Assembly (NCBI GenBank): GCA_019894975.1
Contig: JAGXNO010000001.1
Location: forward strand, 96,001-160,000
Reading direction: 5' to 3'
Source: Promethearchaeota archaeon
GTDB lineage: Archaea; Asgardarchaeota; Lokiarchaeia; Sigyniarchaeales; SOKP01
DNA: 64,000 nt
The position numbers were made by a program, and so were the translations under genes. The notes beneath the pieces are model-generated. The model saw only the letters and a list, made by a program, of their open reading frames with translations, was not told the DNA's origin and ran no database searches. The first letter of the stretch is position 1; each line of letters begins with the position of its first letter. This document shows positions 49,037 to 60,372 of the stretch, in pieces.

Positions 49037-50923
49037 ATGGGAAAAATAATAGGAATTGACTTAGGGACTTCAAACTCAGCAGCAGCGGTATTGGTGGGAG
49101 GGAAACCTACCATAATTCCGAGTGCTGAAGGTTTAACCCTAGGAGGAAAAGCGTTTCCATCTGTAGTTGCATTTACTAAGGATGGTCAAAGACTTGTTGG
49201 AGAGCCTGCAAGAAGGCAAGCAGTTTCAAATCCAGATCGCACAATAACAGCAATAAAGCGTAAAATGGGAACAAGTTATACTGTGAAATTAGATGGTAAA
49301 GATTATACACCTCAGGAGATTTCAGCAATGATTCTTAGAAAAATCAAAGAAGATGCGAGTGCCTATTTGGGTGAAGAGGTTACTGATGTGATAATCACGG
49401 TTCCAGCATATTTTAACGATAATCAAAGGCAAGCTACTAAAGATGCGGGAAGGATTGCGGGATTGAACGTAAAACGTTTGATTAACGAACCTACAGCTGC
49501 AGCAGTAGCCTATGGATTAGACAAGAAAAATGCGAGCTTAAAAATTGCTGTACTGGATTTAGGTGGAGGGACTTTTGACGTCACAATTATGGAGATGGAT
49601 AATCAAGTATTTGAAGTGATCTCAACTTCAGGTGATACACAATTAGGTGGTACCGATATGGATAAGTTATTAGTGGATTTCTTGGTGGCTGAGTTTCAGA
49701 AAAACGAAGGTGTTGATCTAAGATCTGATTCAATGGCACTACAGAGAGTTCGGGAAGCCGTTGAAAAAGCTAAAATTGAATTGTCAAATTCAGTGACAAC
49801 GGAGATTAATCTACCATATATAACTGCTACAAACGATGGACCAAAACATCTTAACATGAAGCTAACAAGAGCTAAACTAGAGCAATTAATTGATCCGGTA
49901 ATAAAGAGATTGGATTCACCAATCTTAAAGGCTTTGAGAGATGCAGGGATCGCAAGAGGAGAAATTGATAAAATTATTTTAGTAGGGGGACCAACTAGGA
50001 TGCCAATAATCCTGAAAAAATTCGAAGATTTATTAGGGAAAACTCCAGAGCGTAGCATTGATCCAATGGAATGTGTTGCGATGGGTGCTTCAGTCCAAGG
50101 TGGAGTGTTGACTGGTGAAGTGGAAGATTTACTATTACTTGATGTGACTCCATTATCATTAGGAGTTGAAACGTTAGGTTCAGTTTTTACTAAATTAATT
50201 GAGAGAAACTCTACGATTCCAACACACAAAACTCAGATATTTTCAACGGCTGCTGATAACCAACCCGCTGTAGAAATTCATGTATTACAAGGTGAAAGAC
50301 CTCGAGCAGGAGATAACATTACATTGGGTAAATTTCATTTGACAGGGATTCCACCTGCACCCAGAGGTATGCCACAGATAGAAGTGTCATTTGATATCGA
50401 TCAAAATGGAATTTTAAATGTGTCAGCTAAGGATAAAGGAACTGGTAAAAGTCAATCAATAACAATTACAGCCTCGACCAAGATGTCTGACGATGATATT
50501 GAGCAAAAAATTCGAGAAGCTGAAAGAAATGCTGAAGAAGATAGGAAGTTTGGAGAGCTTATTGAAGCAAAAAATCAAGGTGAAGCATTAATTTATCAAA
50601 CTGAAAAACTATTGAATGAGAATGAAGCTGTTATTGGAGACTTAAAATCGATGATTTTAGGTAAGATCTCTGAATTAAGGAGTGCTATGGAAACGGAAGA
50701 TGTAGGAAGAATGAAAAGTTCAAGTGAAGCCTTACAGAATTCATTACACGAAGTTTCAGCGAGAATTTATGGAAAACAGCAAGGAGCAACTCAAGGTGCC
50801 TACCAAGGAGCACCTCCTGGGGGTATGGGTGATATGCCTGGTCGATCACAGGATGAGATTGAAGAGGATCAATTCAGAAGAGCAACTGGTCAAGATGAAG
50901 TAGTAGATGCTGAGTATGAATAA
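49037..50923 (+). CDS. dnaK: Chaperone DnaK (Hsp70), lacking the Gram-negative N-terminal insert
   Basis: [38 protein letters not shown] and C-terminal VVDAEYE. Confidence 0.99.
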   Translation: MGKIIGIDLGTSNSAAAVLVGGKPTIIPSAEGLTLGGKAFPSVVAFTKDGQRLVGEPARRQAVSNPDRTITAIKRKMGTSYTVKLDGKDYTPQEISAMILRKIKEDASAYLGEEVTDVIITVPAYFNDNQRQATKDAGRIAGLNVKRLINEPTAAAVAYGLDKKNASLKIAVLDLGGGTFDVTIMEMDNQVFEVISTSGDTQLGGTDMDKLLVDFLVAEFQKNEGVDLRSDSMALQRVREAVEKAKIELSNSVTTEINLPYITATNDGPKHLNMKLTRAKLEQLIDPVIKRLDSPILKALRDAGIARGEIDKIILVGGPTRMPIILKKFEDLLGKTPERSIDPMECVAMGASVQGGVLTGEVEDLLLLDVTPLSLGVETLGSVFTKLIERNSTIPTHKTQIFSTAADNQPAVEIHVLQGERPRAGDNITLGKFHLTGIPPAPRGMPQIEVSFDIDQNGILNVSAKDKGTGKSQSITITASTKMSDDDIEQKIREAERNAEEDRKFGELIEAKNQGEALIYQTEKLLNENEAVIGDLKSMILGKISELRSAMETEDVGRMKSSSEALQNSLHEVSARIYGKQQGATQGAYQGAPPGGMGDMPGRSQDEIEEDQFRRATGQDEVVDAEYE

Positions 50924-50929
50924 GTCTAA

Positions 50930-50952
50930 TTTTTTTTTTATTTATTTTTTTT
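50930..50952 (+). terminator. Oligo-T tract after dnaK (possible partial terminator)
   Basis: T10-A-TTT-A-T8 immediately after the dnaK stop. Confidence 0.45.
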
Positions 50953-51001
50953 ATTAATTTAGTAAAATTTTTACAAATAATATTAAAAAAGGGGTTAAAA
51001 G

Positions 51002-52030
51002 ATGGCTAAGGATTACTATAAAACATTAGGTATAACAAAGAATGCTTCAAAAGAAGAAATTAAAAGGGCTTTTCGGAAAATGGCGCGAAAATATCATCCA
51101 GACGTTAATCCCGATGAATCTAAATCAGGGGAGAAATTTAAAGAGATTAATGAAGCCTATAGTCTTCTGAGCGATGATAAAAAACGAGAGATGTATGACA
51201 AGTTTGGTGTCGTAGAAGGAGATCCTTCATCTTATCAACAAGGAAGTAGAAACACTGGAGGATTTGGTAGCAATGGAGGTGGAAGGGGTTACCGAAGCCC
51301 AGATGGAACAACTTACTATTATTCTACGTCAGGTTCACCTGGAGGTTTTGATTTTAACGATATTTTTGGAAATGCTAGGAATTCGAGAGGAGATACTGGC
51401 GGATCTGACTTTTTTAACGATTTGGGAGATATTTTTGATGTATTTAATCGAAAAGGAGGAGGCAGTTCAAGAGCAAGATCATCATCTCATAATAATTTCC
51501 CCCGAGACGGAGATGATTTAAGATATGATCTGGAAATTGATTTCATGGAAGCATTTCATGGGGGAAAGAAAAAAGTTCAATATAAAGATCCTGCATCTGG
51601 ACAAGTTCAAAATTTAAGTATAAAAATTCCGAGAGGAGTTATAGATGATCAAAAATTACGTCTGAAAGGAAAAGGAATGCCGGGAGAAAATGGAGGAAGT
51701 TCTGGAGATCTTTATATAGCTATACATATTAAAAAACATCCTAATTTTGAAAGAAAAAATGATGATATTCACATTCTACAAGAAGTTCCCTTTACTATTG
51801 CCGCGCTTGGTGGTAAAATTCAAGTTCAAGGGATTGAAAAAGCTTTGAATGTATCTATTCCTCCGGGAACTAATGATTCATCATTATTAAGATTAAAAAA
51901 TCAAGGATTTTATAAAATTAATTCAGAACATAGAGGTAATTTATTAGTTAAAATTAAAATAAAGGTTCCCAAAGAAATAAACGGGAACCAGAAAGAGTTA
52001 TTAGTAAAATTACAAGAGGTAGGTTTGTAA
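51002..52030 (+). CDS. dnaJ: DnaJ class B co-chaperone (no zinc-finger region)
   Basis: J domain with HPD, G/F-rich region with DIF motifs, C-terminal domain; no CxxCxGxG repeats. Confidence 0.93.
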   Translation: MAKDYYKTLGITKNASKEEIKRAFRKMARKYHPDVNPDESKSGEKFKEINEAYSLLSDDKKREMYDKFGVVEGDPSSYQQGSRNTGGFGSNGGGRGYRSPDGTTYYYSTSGSPGGFDFNDIFGNARNSRGDTGGSDFFNDLGDIFDVFNRKGGGSSRARSSSHNNFPRDGDDLRYDLEIDFMEAFHGGKKKVQYKDPASGQVQNLSIKIPRGVIDDQKLRLKGKGMPGENGGSSGDLYIAIHIKKHPNFERKNDDIHILQEVPFTIAALGGKIQVQGIEKALNVSIPPGTNDSSLLRLKNQGFYKINSEHRGNLLVKIKIKVPKEINGNQKELLVKLQEVGL

Positions 52031-52063
52031 AAAAAATGAACGTTAAGGAGGTAAAATTATAGT

Positions 52064-52945
52064 ATGATTGCAAATATAAGTAAACAGTCGAATTTATGCC
52101 CAGAATGTGGAGGTTCAATCATCCTCATTGAGGAAAAGGGAGAAACTGTATGTGGGCAATGTGGGTTAATTATTAATGAGCGATCAATAGATTATTCTCG
52201 TAGTGGAAAACGAGCTTATACAAATCATGAGAAAAATAACCGAGAACAAACAGGTACTCCAATATCTATTATGTTGCCTGATATGGGATTAAGTACTGTA
52301 ATTGATAAGCAGAAAATTAACAATCCTGATTTAAAAAGAGCTGCCAAGTGGAATACAAGAATTACTTGGCAATCCCGTAATCTATTAATTGCGTCTACTG
52401 AATTAAAAAGAATAAGTAGTAATCTAAATTTACCCAATCATGTTAAAGAAGAAGCTATGCGCTTTTATAAAGAAGCCTTTAAGAGAAAATTACTTCGAGG
52501 AAGATCTATTAATGCGATGGTTGCTGCGTGTTTATATATAGCAACGAGACAAAAAGATATACCTAGAACACTTCAAGAAATATTGGAAGAATCCTCAGTT
52601 TCCGCCAAAGATGTAAGACGAAGTATAAGTATTATGGCACGAGAAATGAACCTAAAAACTCAATCAACCGATCCAGTAGCATTAGTTCCACGATATATAT
52701 CAGATTTAGAATTGGATTCAGATATTGAGGCTTTAACAAAAAAAATCTTAACAACCTACATTACCAATTTTTCAATAAGCGGGAAAGACCCAAAAGGTCT
52801 ATGTGCAGGAGCAATCTATTTAGCAAGTAGGATTAAAGACTTGGAACTCACGCAACAGCAAATAGTAAATATGGTAGGAGTGACTGAGGTTACACTGCGT
52901 TCAAGATATAAAGAATTGAAGAATAAGTTAAAAATTAAGGTTTAA
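52064..52945 (+). CDS. tfb: Transcription initiation factor IIB (TFB) paralog
   Basis: Zn ribbon CPECG...CGQCG, LRGRSI..MVAACLY, GKDPKGLCAGAIY and VGVTEVTLRSRYKEL. Confidence 0.95.
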   Translation: MIANISKQSNLCPECGGSIILIEEKGETVCGQCGLIINERSIDYSRSGKRAYTNHEKNNREQTGTPISIMLPDMGLSTVIDKQKINNPDLKRAAKWNTRITWQSRNLLIASTELKRISSNLNLPNHVKEEAMRFYKEAFKRKLLRGRSINAMVAACLYIATRQKDIPRTLQEILEESSVSAKDVRRSISIMAREMNLKTQSTDPVALVPRYISDLELDSDIEALTKKILTTYITNFSISGKDPKGLCAGAIYLASRIKDLELTQQQIVNMVGVTEVTLRSRYKELKNKLKIKV

Positions 52946-53058
52946 AAGAATCTACGCTTTTTTTATGTTTTATTTATCTTCTTTATTTATAGTAAAAAAT
53001 ATATCTTAGTATCATTGTTTTATTTATTTTAAGATAATTTACAATTCAATTGATATTT

Positions 53059-54039
53059 ATGGTATTTTATAAAGAAATTGGTTTAACTAATACACAAGAG
53101 ATGTTTAAAGTTGCCTTGGATAGAAAGTTTGCTATTCCGGGATATAATTACAGTAATTTAGAACAATTACAGGCAATTATTATAGGTTGTGGAGAAACTA
53201 ATTCACCAGTAATTCTTCAAAATAGTCCCGCAGCAGGAGAATATGCAAATCGAGCAATGGTTAGATATTTAGCAGAAGGAGCAGTTGCAATGGCAAAGGA
53301 GCTAGATTATAATATTCCAATTGCATTACATTTGGATCATGGGAATTCCTTTGAATTAGCTAAAATATGTATAGATAATGGTTTTTCAAGTGTAATGTTC
53401 GATGGCAGCCATTTAACATATGAAGAAAACATTAATATAACTAAACAAATTGTAACCTACGCTCATGAAAGGGAAGTAAGTGTTGAAGCAGAATTGGGGG
53501 TTATTGCTGGTGTTGAGGACCATGTAAAAGCAGAAAAAAACCTTTATACTGATCCAGAACAAGTAGAAGATTTTGTAAACCAGACAGGATGTGATTCATT
53601 GGCAATTGCAATAGGCACATCTCATGGTGCTCATAAATTTAAAGTAGAGAAAGAGGAGGATATTCCAGAATTACGATTTGATATTCTTCAAGAAGTGAGG
53701 AAGCGGTTAGGAAGGTTTCCAATTGTTTTACACGGTGCATCTTGCATACCCCAGAAATATGCTAAGATAATAAACGAGTATGGGGGATCATTAACTAAAG
53801 TATTTGGGATTCCAGAAGCTCAATTGAAAAAAGCAACTCAATATGGAATATGTAAAATCAATATTGCTACAGATAGCAGAATGGTTTTTACGGCAATGAT
53901 AAGAAAATATTTAGCTGAGAATCCCGATCAAATTGGTCCGAGAAAATACCTCGGTTTAGCTCGTCAAGAATTTGTAGATATGATTAAACTAAGGAACAAA
54001 GAAGTCCTCGGGTCAGCAGATCAAGCAAAATATATTTAA
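53059..54039 (+). CDS. fba: Fructose-bisphosphate aldolase class II
   Basis: ALHLDHG, SSVMFDGS, VEAELG, AIGTSHGAHK, VLHGAS and KINIATD motifs. Confidence 0.93.
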   Translation: MVFYKEIGLTNTQEMFKVALDRKFAIPGYNYSNLEQLQAIIIGCGETNSPVILQNSPAAGEYANRAMVRYLAEGAVAMAKELDYNIPIALHLDHGNSFELAKICIDNGFSSVMFDGSHLTYEENINITKQIVTYAHEREVSVEAELGVIAGVEDHVKAEKNLYTDPEQVEDFVNQTGCDSLAIAIGTSHGAHKFKVEKEEDIPELRFDILQEVRKRLGRFPIVLHGASCIPQKYAKIINEYGGSLTKVFGIPEAQLKKATQYGICKINIATDSRMVFTAMIRKYLAENPDQIGPRKYLGLARQEFVDMIKLRNKEVLGSADQAKYI

Positions 54040-54093
54040 CTTATTTATTAATAGAAATCTTAAAAAAAAAGAAAGAAGTGTTATTAATTCTGT

Positions 54094-54846
54094 TTAAACC
54101 TTACTGAATTTTTTATGGATTAAAATCCCTGCGACTACGATTATAATACTAATAATTGAAATGAACAAAAGATCCTTTAAAATATTAAGACTTGTTAAAG
54201 GGTCTCCATTAAATATTGACGTTAGAGCATCTGTAACATAATAGCTAGGTAGGAAGGATGCAATAATTTCTGTAGTGGGAGTTATTGCTATAAAAGTCCC
54301 GAAAAACATCTGGGGGAGTATGAAAATAAATGATATTCCCGTCGCAGCACCAGGGCTTTTTGCTATAGTGGCAGTTATGAGACCTAAACCAACAGAGCAT
54401 AATGAAAGGAAGAAAATTAGGGTAAACGCAAATAAGATTCCTAAGACACCAGTTTCGGGCCTAAATCCTAAGACGAATGATAAAACCATAACTATTATAA
54501 CTTGTAAAACAGAAATTAGCGAATTCGATATTAGGTGACTCCCCATAAATTCACTTGAGGATGTAGGTGTTGTATTTATTCTCTCTAATAATCCTTGTTC
54601 CCTATCAACACTAAAAGACTGAGCTACGGTCATTATTATAAAGATACAAGCATATGTATATAATCCTGGAACCATAACATTAAATTGACTTTCTCCAGGT
54701 ATTTCACTTGGCATGGAACTGAAGGATAGCCCAAACACTAAGGTCAGCACAGCAGGGAAAAGAATCATCATAAATAAATTAGCTGGTTCCCTAATCAACC
54801 TTTTTAACTCCATTTTAATAAGAGCAAATATTCTTTGACTATTCAT
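54094..54846 (-). CDS. ABC-2 type exporter permease
   Basis: 6 TM segments; DREQGLLERINTTP. Confidence 0.88.
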   Translation of the reverse strand: MNSQRIFALIKMELKRLIREPANLFMMILFPAVLTLVFGLSFSSMPSEIPGESQFNVMVPGLYTYACIFIIMTVAQSFSVDREQGLLERINTTPTSSSEFMGSHLISNSLISVLQVIIVMVLSFVLGFRPETGVLGILFAFTLIFFLSLCSVGLGLITATIAKSPGAATGISFIFILPQMFFGTFIAITPTTEIIASFLPSYYVTDALTSIFNGDPLTSLNILKDLLFISIISIIIVVAGILIHKKFSKV

Positions 54847-55632
54847 CTATATACCCTCCAAAATTCTTCTACCTGTTATTTTCAGAAATACTTCCTCTAG
54901 GTTTTGTGCATCATGTTTTTCCATCAATGTTTTAGGTGGACCTAAAGCTAATAATTCTCCGTAATCGATAATTGCCACATTATCGCTAAGTGCCTCTGCT
55001 TCTTCTATATAATGAGTAGTGAGGATCACCGTTTTGTTTTGTTCCTTAAGAGAGCCGATGAAACTCCAAGTAGCTCGACGGGCTCTAGGATCCATTCCAA
55101 CTGTAGGTTCATCTAAAAAAGCTATCCTTGGATTACTTATTAGAGCAATTAATAGATTTACTTGACGAAGCATTCCTCCACTATATCCTTTAGCCTTTCT
55201 TTTACTCGTTTCTGTAAAATTTAGTGCCTCTAATAGGCTTTTTGTTCGCTCTTTTAGCTCTTTCTTATTCATTGCATACAAATTTCCAAATAACTCGATG
55301 TTTTCTCTCCCCGTAAGAAATTTATAAATTGCAGCATGCTGAGGACACACACCAATTAACTCTTTTACCTTCTTAAGATCTTTTTTTATATCATACCCTC
55401 CAACTAGAGCAGTTCCACTTGTCGGACTTAATAAACCACTTAAAATCTTGATGGTGGTTGTTTTACCCGCTCCGTTGGGACCTAAAAGGCCGAAAATCTC
55501 ACCTTCTTTTACTTCAAAACTTAAATTGTTAACAGCAGTGACATCTTCAAACTTCTTTGTAAGATTTCTAACCGTAATAGCATTAACATCATTAGGATCA
55601 AAAACATCCTCTGGGTAGTTTGATATTGACAT
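54847..55632 (-). CDS. ABC-2 type exporter ATP-binding protein
   Basis: GPNGAGKTT, YSGGM, LDEPT and TTHYIEEAE motifs. Confidence 0.93.
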   Translation of the reverse strand: MSISNYPEDVFDPNDVNAITVRNLTKKFEDVTAVNNLSFEVKEGEIFGLLGPNGAGKTTTIKILSGLLSPTSGTALVGGYDIKKDLKKVKELIGVCPQHAAIYKFLTGRENIELFGNLYAMNKKELKERTKSLLEALNFTETSKRKAKGYSGGMLRQVNLLIALISNPRIAFLDEPTVGMDPRARRATWSFIGSLKEQNKTVILTTHYIEEAEALSDNVAIIDYGELLALGPPKTLMEKHDAQNLEEVFLKITGRRILEGI

Positions 55633-55842
55633 TTTTTTTTAACCTCTTATATTTTATTTCTCATTTTTTAAATTATTGAGAATTAATCTCTGAATAAGGG
55701 TTATCTTAAATGACTTATAATTTTGATGGAGTGCATTAGGGTGAAAAAAAGGGAAGAAAAAACCGGAAAGTGGGCGTTTTATCACCTAGATGGGTGATGA
55801 ATGACACCTTCCAAAACAGACGAATTGGGAAAATAGGCTTCG

Positions 55843-55870
55843 AAATGCTATAAGATAACTTTTAGCATTT
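55843..55870. promoter_or_regulatory. 12 bp inverted repeat (operator or terminator) between the Lrp/AsnC gene and the ABC operon
   Basis: AAATGCTATAAG-ATAA-CTTTTAGCATTT (one mismatch). A second IR, ATCACC-N6-GGTGAT, lies at 55781-55798. Confidence 0.45.
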
Positions 55871-55936
55871 TTTATGTATAAATCAATTTTTAGAAATTAG
55901 TGCCCATTTTTATCCTTAATAGGTAAAAAATTACCT

Positions 55937-56911
55937 TTAATCCTCTTTTATTTCTCTTACTTTTTCTTCTAAGTATGTATCCCGCCAAGATGGAAACATT
56001 AAACCATTTACCAATACGGTAACATTAACCGATTCAAAATTCATAGACATTAATGAAGCTTCCAAATTTTGAAGTTCTTTCATTGAGCTAGCCCAAACAC
56101 ACACAAGCATTAGATTCGGGAGATTACTTAAATTCCAAGAAAATAATACTGATTGACTGTGTTTCTTGCGAATTTCTTCTAATAATTGTGATTTATCGAC
56201 TTTAATACTTGTTTTCACTTTTAATATTACAATGGATATAATAACTGCCGATTTATCTGGATACCAATCTATAGAAAACTCAACAAGGTATTCTTTAATC
56301 ATTTTATCTAAATGTCGTCTTACAGTTTTAGTAGAAGCCCCAACTTCATCTGCTATATCAGATATTGGTTTTCGTGAATTATCCTTTAAGGCATTAACTA
56401 TTAAAAAATCTAATTTAGGAAGTTTTAGGTTACCTCTCTCTTCTGAATTATCTGTTTTAGATATTTGAGTTGTGTCTGAGGGAAAAGGTCCATTAGGAGA
56501 AGGAGCAAGACTAACTAAACCAACTTCAAGATCATTTATTCCGCCCTTTTCCCTTATAAAGGAAACTAATGGATCTAACTCATTATGATTCCTAAGGAGA
56601 GCGTGTATATAAAAAAGATGATCACTGGCTTGAGTGACATTAAAGATAGATTCATGTTTTCCGAGCTCTTGGAGTAATCCTGCCTTATTTTCTATTTGTG
56701 AATTCCCAAACATGATAATATGAACAGGATTAGAAAAAATAAGGAAACTCAGTTTTGTATTAAAATTTTGTATTATACGTAAATCCACCATTGACTTTAT
56801 ACGCTTATGTATGGAATTGACACTCATTTTGAACAATTCCGCCAGATCGTGATATGGAATTCGAGAATTTTGTACCAGCATCATACATATCCCGAAATCA
56901 ATTTCATCCAT
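55937..56911 (-). CDS. Lrp/AsnC family regulator with duplicated HTH+RAM domains
   Basis: MDEIDFGI..ML.QNSRIPY..LA and LDFLIVNALKDNSRKPISDIA; start ATG at 56911. Confidence 0.88.
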   Translation of the reverse strand: MDEIDFGICMMLVQNSRIPYHDLAELFKMSVNSIHKRIKSMVDLRIIQNFNTKLSFLIFSNPVHIIMFGNSQIENKAGLLQELGKHESIFNVTQASDHLFYIHALLRNHNELDPLVSFIREKGGINDLEVGLVSLAPSPNGPFPSDTTQISKTDNSEERGNLKLPKLDFLIVNALKDNSRKPISDIADEVGASTKTVRRHLDKMIKEYLVEFSIDWYPDKSAVIISIVILKVKTSIKVDKSQLLEEIRKKHSQSVLFSWNLSNLPNLMLVCVWASSMKELQNLEASLMSMNFESVNVTVLVNGLMFPSWRDTYLEEKVREIKED

Positions 56912-56963
56912 ACTAATATAGTTGGTACTAGTTATGTTATCAATTTTTCTATTTATGCTATTT

Positions 56964-57233
56964 TTATCCTTTTTGAATAAGAATTCCGGTGCCACCCCGA
57001 GGATAATTGAATTCTATTGCACCAGCATCACAAACTTGAAAACAAGCCCCACATTCTAAACATTTAGATTGATAATCATCCACTAAATAAACTTTTCCTT
57101 CATTTTTGCGCCATAGATTCATAATACATATTATTAAACAGCGGTCACAGTTATTGCATTTTTCCTTATCAAGTGAGATAAAGTTTCCTGTTCCAGAAAT
57201 CCGTTTACTCAAACCTTCAAGCTCAATTTTCAT
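56964..57233 (-). CDS. 2[4Fe-4S] ferredoxin, FixX-like
   Basis: CNNCDRCLIIC, CLECGACFQVC and YPRGGTG; overlaps the upstream gene's stop. Confidence 0.88.
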   Translation of the reverse strand: MKIELEGLSKRISGTGNFISLDKEKCNNCDRCLIICIMNLWRKNEGKVYLVDDYQSKCLECGACFQVCDAGAIEFNYPRGGTGILIQKG

Positions 57234-58639
57234 CTATCTCGATCACCTCTTCTTTTCTTTTTTTGAGGAAGCATATCTAAAAGTTTCGGTAGAACTGTCA
57301 TAATTTTCTTTGGATCCATAATTTTATCTAAATCATCTTCAAAAATCTTAGCAACAAGAGGAAAAACATTTTTCATAATAAAAGGTGTTGCTTTTGGCAT
57401 ATATGATTTCACTTGGCTTACTATTTGTCTGACCCGCTTAGCATGGGGTTGGGACCAATCAAATATCCCTCCAAGAAGTTCCATAATCATTGGTACAAAC
57501 CAAGACATTGTTTCTTTAGGATTAAATGGTAAAGCTTTCCAAATATTCCACAACTCACTTCCTGCTTCAAATTCCTCTCCTATACTTGTTTTCTTCCATC
57601 CTTCATCAAATTTTTTTAAAAACTCCTTAGAATAGTCTCCACTTGAAAAGGCTTCAGCTGCGACTTCTGCTGCAATCTTACCAGTAACCATAGCAGGATA
57701 AATACCTTCTGCTTCAAGAGGGCATGGAAAACCTCCTGCGTCACCTATCAATATAATACCATCAGTATGAGTATTATAAGGGTAATCTAACCAAGGAAGT
57801 AAATGGGCTTGAATCTCACGTGGTTTAGCCTCAAGTATTTTTAACAATCTTTGGTAATATTTTAAATTTATAACTTTATTTAAGTAGTACAATGGATTTT
57901 TATCCCACCAATTCATCCAATTTCCAAGTCCCTGATGGAAACCGTCATTAAAAAAGACTTGGTATGATGCTGGAAAATTTGCTCCCCACCAAACTGCTAA
58001 TGTTTCATCCCCCATAATATCATCAATTTTCTCTGGAGGTGCTTGAAAATCGTATTGAAGTGTAAGTGTTACTTGCTTTTGGGTCCATTTTGATCTTAAT
58101 CCTGATTTCTGAGCAACAGTCGAAACAACACCATCTGCACCGATAATTATAGGTGCTTTATACTTCTCACCTTTATCATCAATAACTCCAGATACCTTTC
58201 CATCTTCTTTCAATAGATCTACTATTAATGTAGAAGTTTTTAGTTTTGCTCCTGCATCAGTAGCACACTTCGCAATCCATGGGTCAAACTCACTACGATA
58301 CACATTCATCGTAATCCAACTTTTTGCTGGCTCATATGAGACAGATTCAGTTGGACGAGCCATAATATAACCCGCAACGATGTCCTCCTTGTTTACAAAA
58401 TAGTTTCGAGCAGCTGTTCCCGCTCTCATAGAAGGACATTTTTCTGGTGTTAAATCTTTCATCATTTCAGGAAAATCCCTGAACATTCGTGGTCCTAATC
58501 CACAACCTGAAGAATTCTTATCACCTGGTTTTCTACCACGCTCAAAAAATATGGTGTTTAATCCGTTTTCTGCTGCGACTTTTGCAGCAACAGAACCTCC
58601 CGGTCCCCCACCTACGATTATAATATCATAAGTATTCAT
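57230..58639 (-). CDS. FAD-dependent oxidoreductase, FixC / geranylgeranyl reductase family
   Basis: YDIIIVGGGPGG, FERG..PGDKN, R.EFDPW.A, IGADG and IGDAGG...EGIYPA motifs. Confidence 0.85.
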   Translation of the reverse strand: MNTYDIIIVGGGPGGSVAAKVAAENGLNTIFFERGRKPGDKNSSGCGLGPRMFRDFPEMMKDLTPEKCPSMRAGTAARNYFVNKEDIVAGYIMARPTESVSYEPAKSWITMNVYRSEFDPWIAKCATDAGAKLKTSTLIVDLLKEDGKVSGVIDDKGEKYKAPIIIGADGVVSTVAQKSGLRSKWTQKQVTLTLQYDFQAPPEKIDDIMGDETLAVWWGANFPASYQVFFNDGFHQGLGNWMNWWDKNPLYYLNKVINLKYYQRLLKILEAKPREIQAHLLPWLDYPYNTHTDGIILIGDAGGFPCPLEAEGIYPAMVTGKIAAEVAAEAFSSGDYSKEFLKKFDEGWKKTSIGEEFEAGSELWNIWKALPFNPKETMSWFVPMIMELLGGIFDWSQPHAKRVRQIVSQVKSYMPKATPFIMKNVFPLVAKIFEDDLDKIMDPKKIMTVLPKLLDMLPQKKKRRGDRDR

Positions 58640-58787
58640 TTGAATTTCAATTTTTAATTTTCTTTGTGGAAAATATAATTGTTTACTAGTGTCTTTCAAT
58701 TATATATAATTTAGTTTTTTTATGAAAATATCTTAATAGATGGAAATATTTTACCAAGCAAATGATTTTAATTAGAGAGAGTTACTC

Positions 58788-60242
58788 ATGAGTGAAGAAC
58801 ATATTTACCAAGAACTAGTTAAAATATGTGGATCGAAATTTGTATCATATCATCCAGAATTATTAGAGAGTTATTCGACAGATTTAAGTTTTATTGAAGG
58901 ATTCATCCCAAAATATGTGGTATGGTTAAAAAAAACGAAGCAAATCGAAAATATCTTAAAATTGGCTAACAATTCTGGATTCTCAGTTATTCCCATAAGC
59001 TCAAGTTCACCCCAACGTTATCATGGAGATACTATTCCCCTAACGGAAAACTCTATTATTGTTGATCTATCTCGAATGAATAAAATCCTAGATATTGATA
59101 GAGAAAATCGAGTAGTTATGGTGGAACCTGGGGTTACGTTTGGTCAATTGATACCAAACCTCCAAAAAAGAAATTTAAAGCTTCTACTCCCTCTTTACCC
59201 TCGAGACGGTAAATCTGTTTTGACAACCGCACTTGAAAGAGTACCAACTATAATCCCTCGATATCAGTGGGATAGTTCTGATCCTTTACTATGTACTGAA
59301 GTTATTTTTGGGACAGGGGACCTATTTAGAACTGGTACTGCTGCAGGTCCAGGTACAATTAAGCAACAAAAAAAATCAGGTCAAGCACAATTAAATCCCA
59401 TGGGCCCAACTCAATTTAGCCCTTTTAGATTAATACAAGGAGCTCAAGGTAGTCTGGGAATTGTGACCTGGGTTACTCTTAAATTAGAATTAATGCCTAC
59501 AGTTCAAAAGGTTTTCCATTTCCAATCTGAAAATATTCAAGATTTATTGAAACTTCAACAGAAGTTATTGAAATATCGATTAGGTAATGAAATGTTTATT
59601 TTAAATAACGTAAATTTAGCTTGTTTGGTTAAACTAGCACCTGAGGATATTGGTAAGTTAAGGAATTCATTAGCTAAGTGGAATTTAATATCAGTCTTAG
59701 CAGGTCGTGGTAAGTTAGCGAATGATAAAATAACATACCAAGAAGGAGATTTGAATGATATATTGAGGGATTTAAAACTTAATCATTTAAAAAAACAAGC
59801 TGTTGTGGGTGAAAATGAAATACTTGATGCGTTAAACAATTCAACTTCTTATCCCTGGAGAAATAGATTAAAGGGAAGCTTTCAAGATATTTTCTTCATT
59901 ACTAATTTTGAAGGGATACCGGAATTTATTACCATAGCAGAAAATGAGATTTCTGAAGATCTTGGAATCTATATTCAAGCTATTAATCAGGGGACCTCTT
60001 ACCACTGCGAGTTTGATATATATTATGACCCTAAAGAAGAGGAAAATGTAAATAAAAAATTTATGGAATTAAGTATTAAACTTATGGACAATGGTGCTTT
60101 CTTTAACAGGCCATATGGTCTATGGGCAAAGGAAGTCTTTAAAAGGCATTTAGATTCAACTCAAATGGCTTTAAAAAAAGTAAAAAAGATTTTTGATCCT
60201 AATAATGTTTTAAATCCTGGAGTTTTATGTTTTGATGATTGA
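58788..60242 (+). CDS. FAD-binding oxidoreductase (GlcD/VAO-type fold)
   Basis: DLSRMNKILDID...VEPGVTF, GAQGSLGIVT and KKIFDPNNVLNPG motifs. Confidence 0.88.
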   Translation: MSEEHIYQELVKICGSKFVSYHPELLESYSTDLSFIEGFIPKYVVWLKKTKQIENILKLANNSGFSVIPISSSSPQRYHGDTIPLTENSIIVDLSRMNKILDIDRENRVVMVEPGVTFGQLIPNLQKRNLKLLLPLYPRDGKSVLTTALERVPTIIPRYQWDSSDPLLCTEVIFGTGDLFRTGTAAGPGTIKQQKKSGQAQLNPMGPTQFSPFRLIQGAQGSLGIVTWVTLKLELMPTVQKVFHFQSENIQDLLKLQQKLLKYRLGNEMFILNNVNLACLVKLAPEDIGKLRNSLAKWNLISVLAGRGKLANDKITYQEGDLNDILRDLKLNHLKKQAVVGENEILDALNNSTSYPWRNRLKGSFQDIFFITNFEGIPEFITIAENEISEDLGIYIQAINQGTSYHCEFDIYYDPKEEENVNKKFMELSIKLMDNGAFFNRPYGLWAKEVFKRHLDSTQMALKKVKKIFDPNNVLNPGVLCFDD

Positions 60243-60372
60243 CCTGAAGAAGGGATTCAAAATTAAATGTTAAGGATTTAAAAGATTTTCATTTTCATAA
60301 ATGTTAAATATTCATTCTTTTATTATAGAGGAGTCTTAATATTGCAATTTTAAGTAATAAAGGCTTTTAATT

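Noticed and set aside
49696-50229. 177 aa antisense ORF in dnaK and similar nested ORFs (14671, 22657, 25833, 51264 and others)
   Set aside because: They overlap well-supported genes and have no motifs of their own.
48034-55774. Shared CCCACTTTC 9-mer upstream of grpE and of the ABC operon
   Set aside because: There are only two copies, at different distances from the putative TATA boxes, so chance is plausible.
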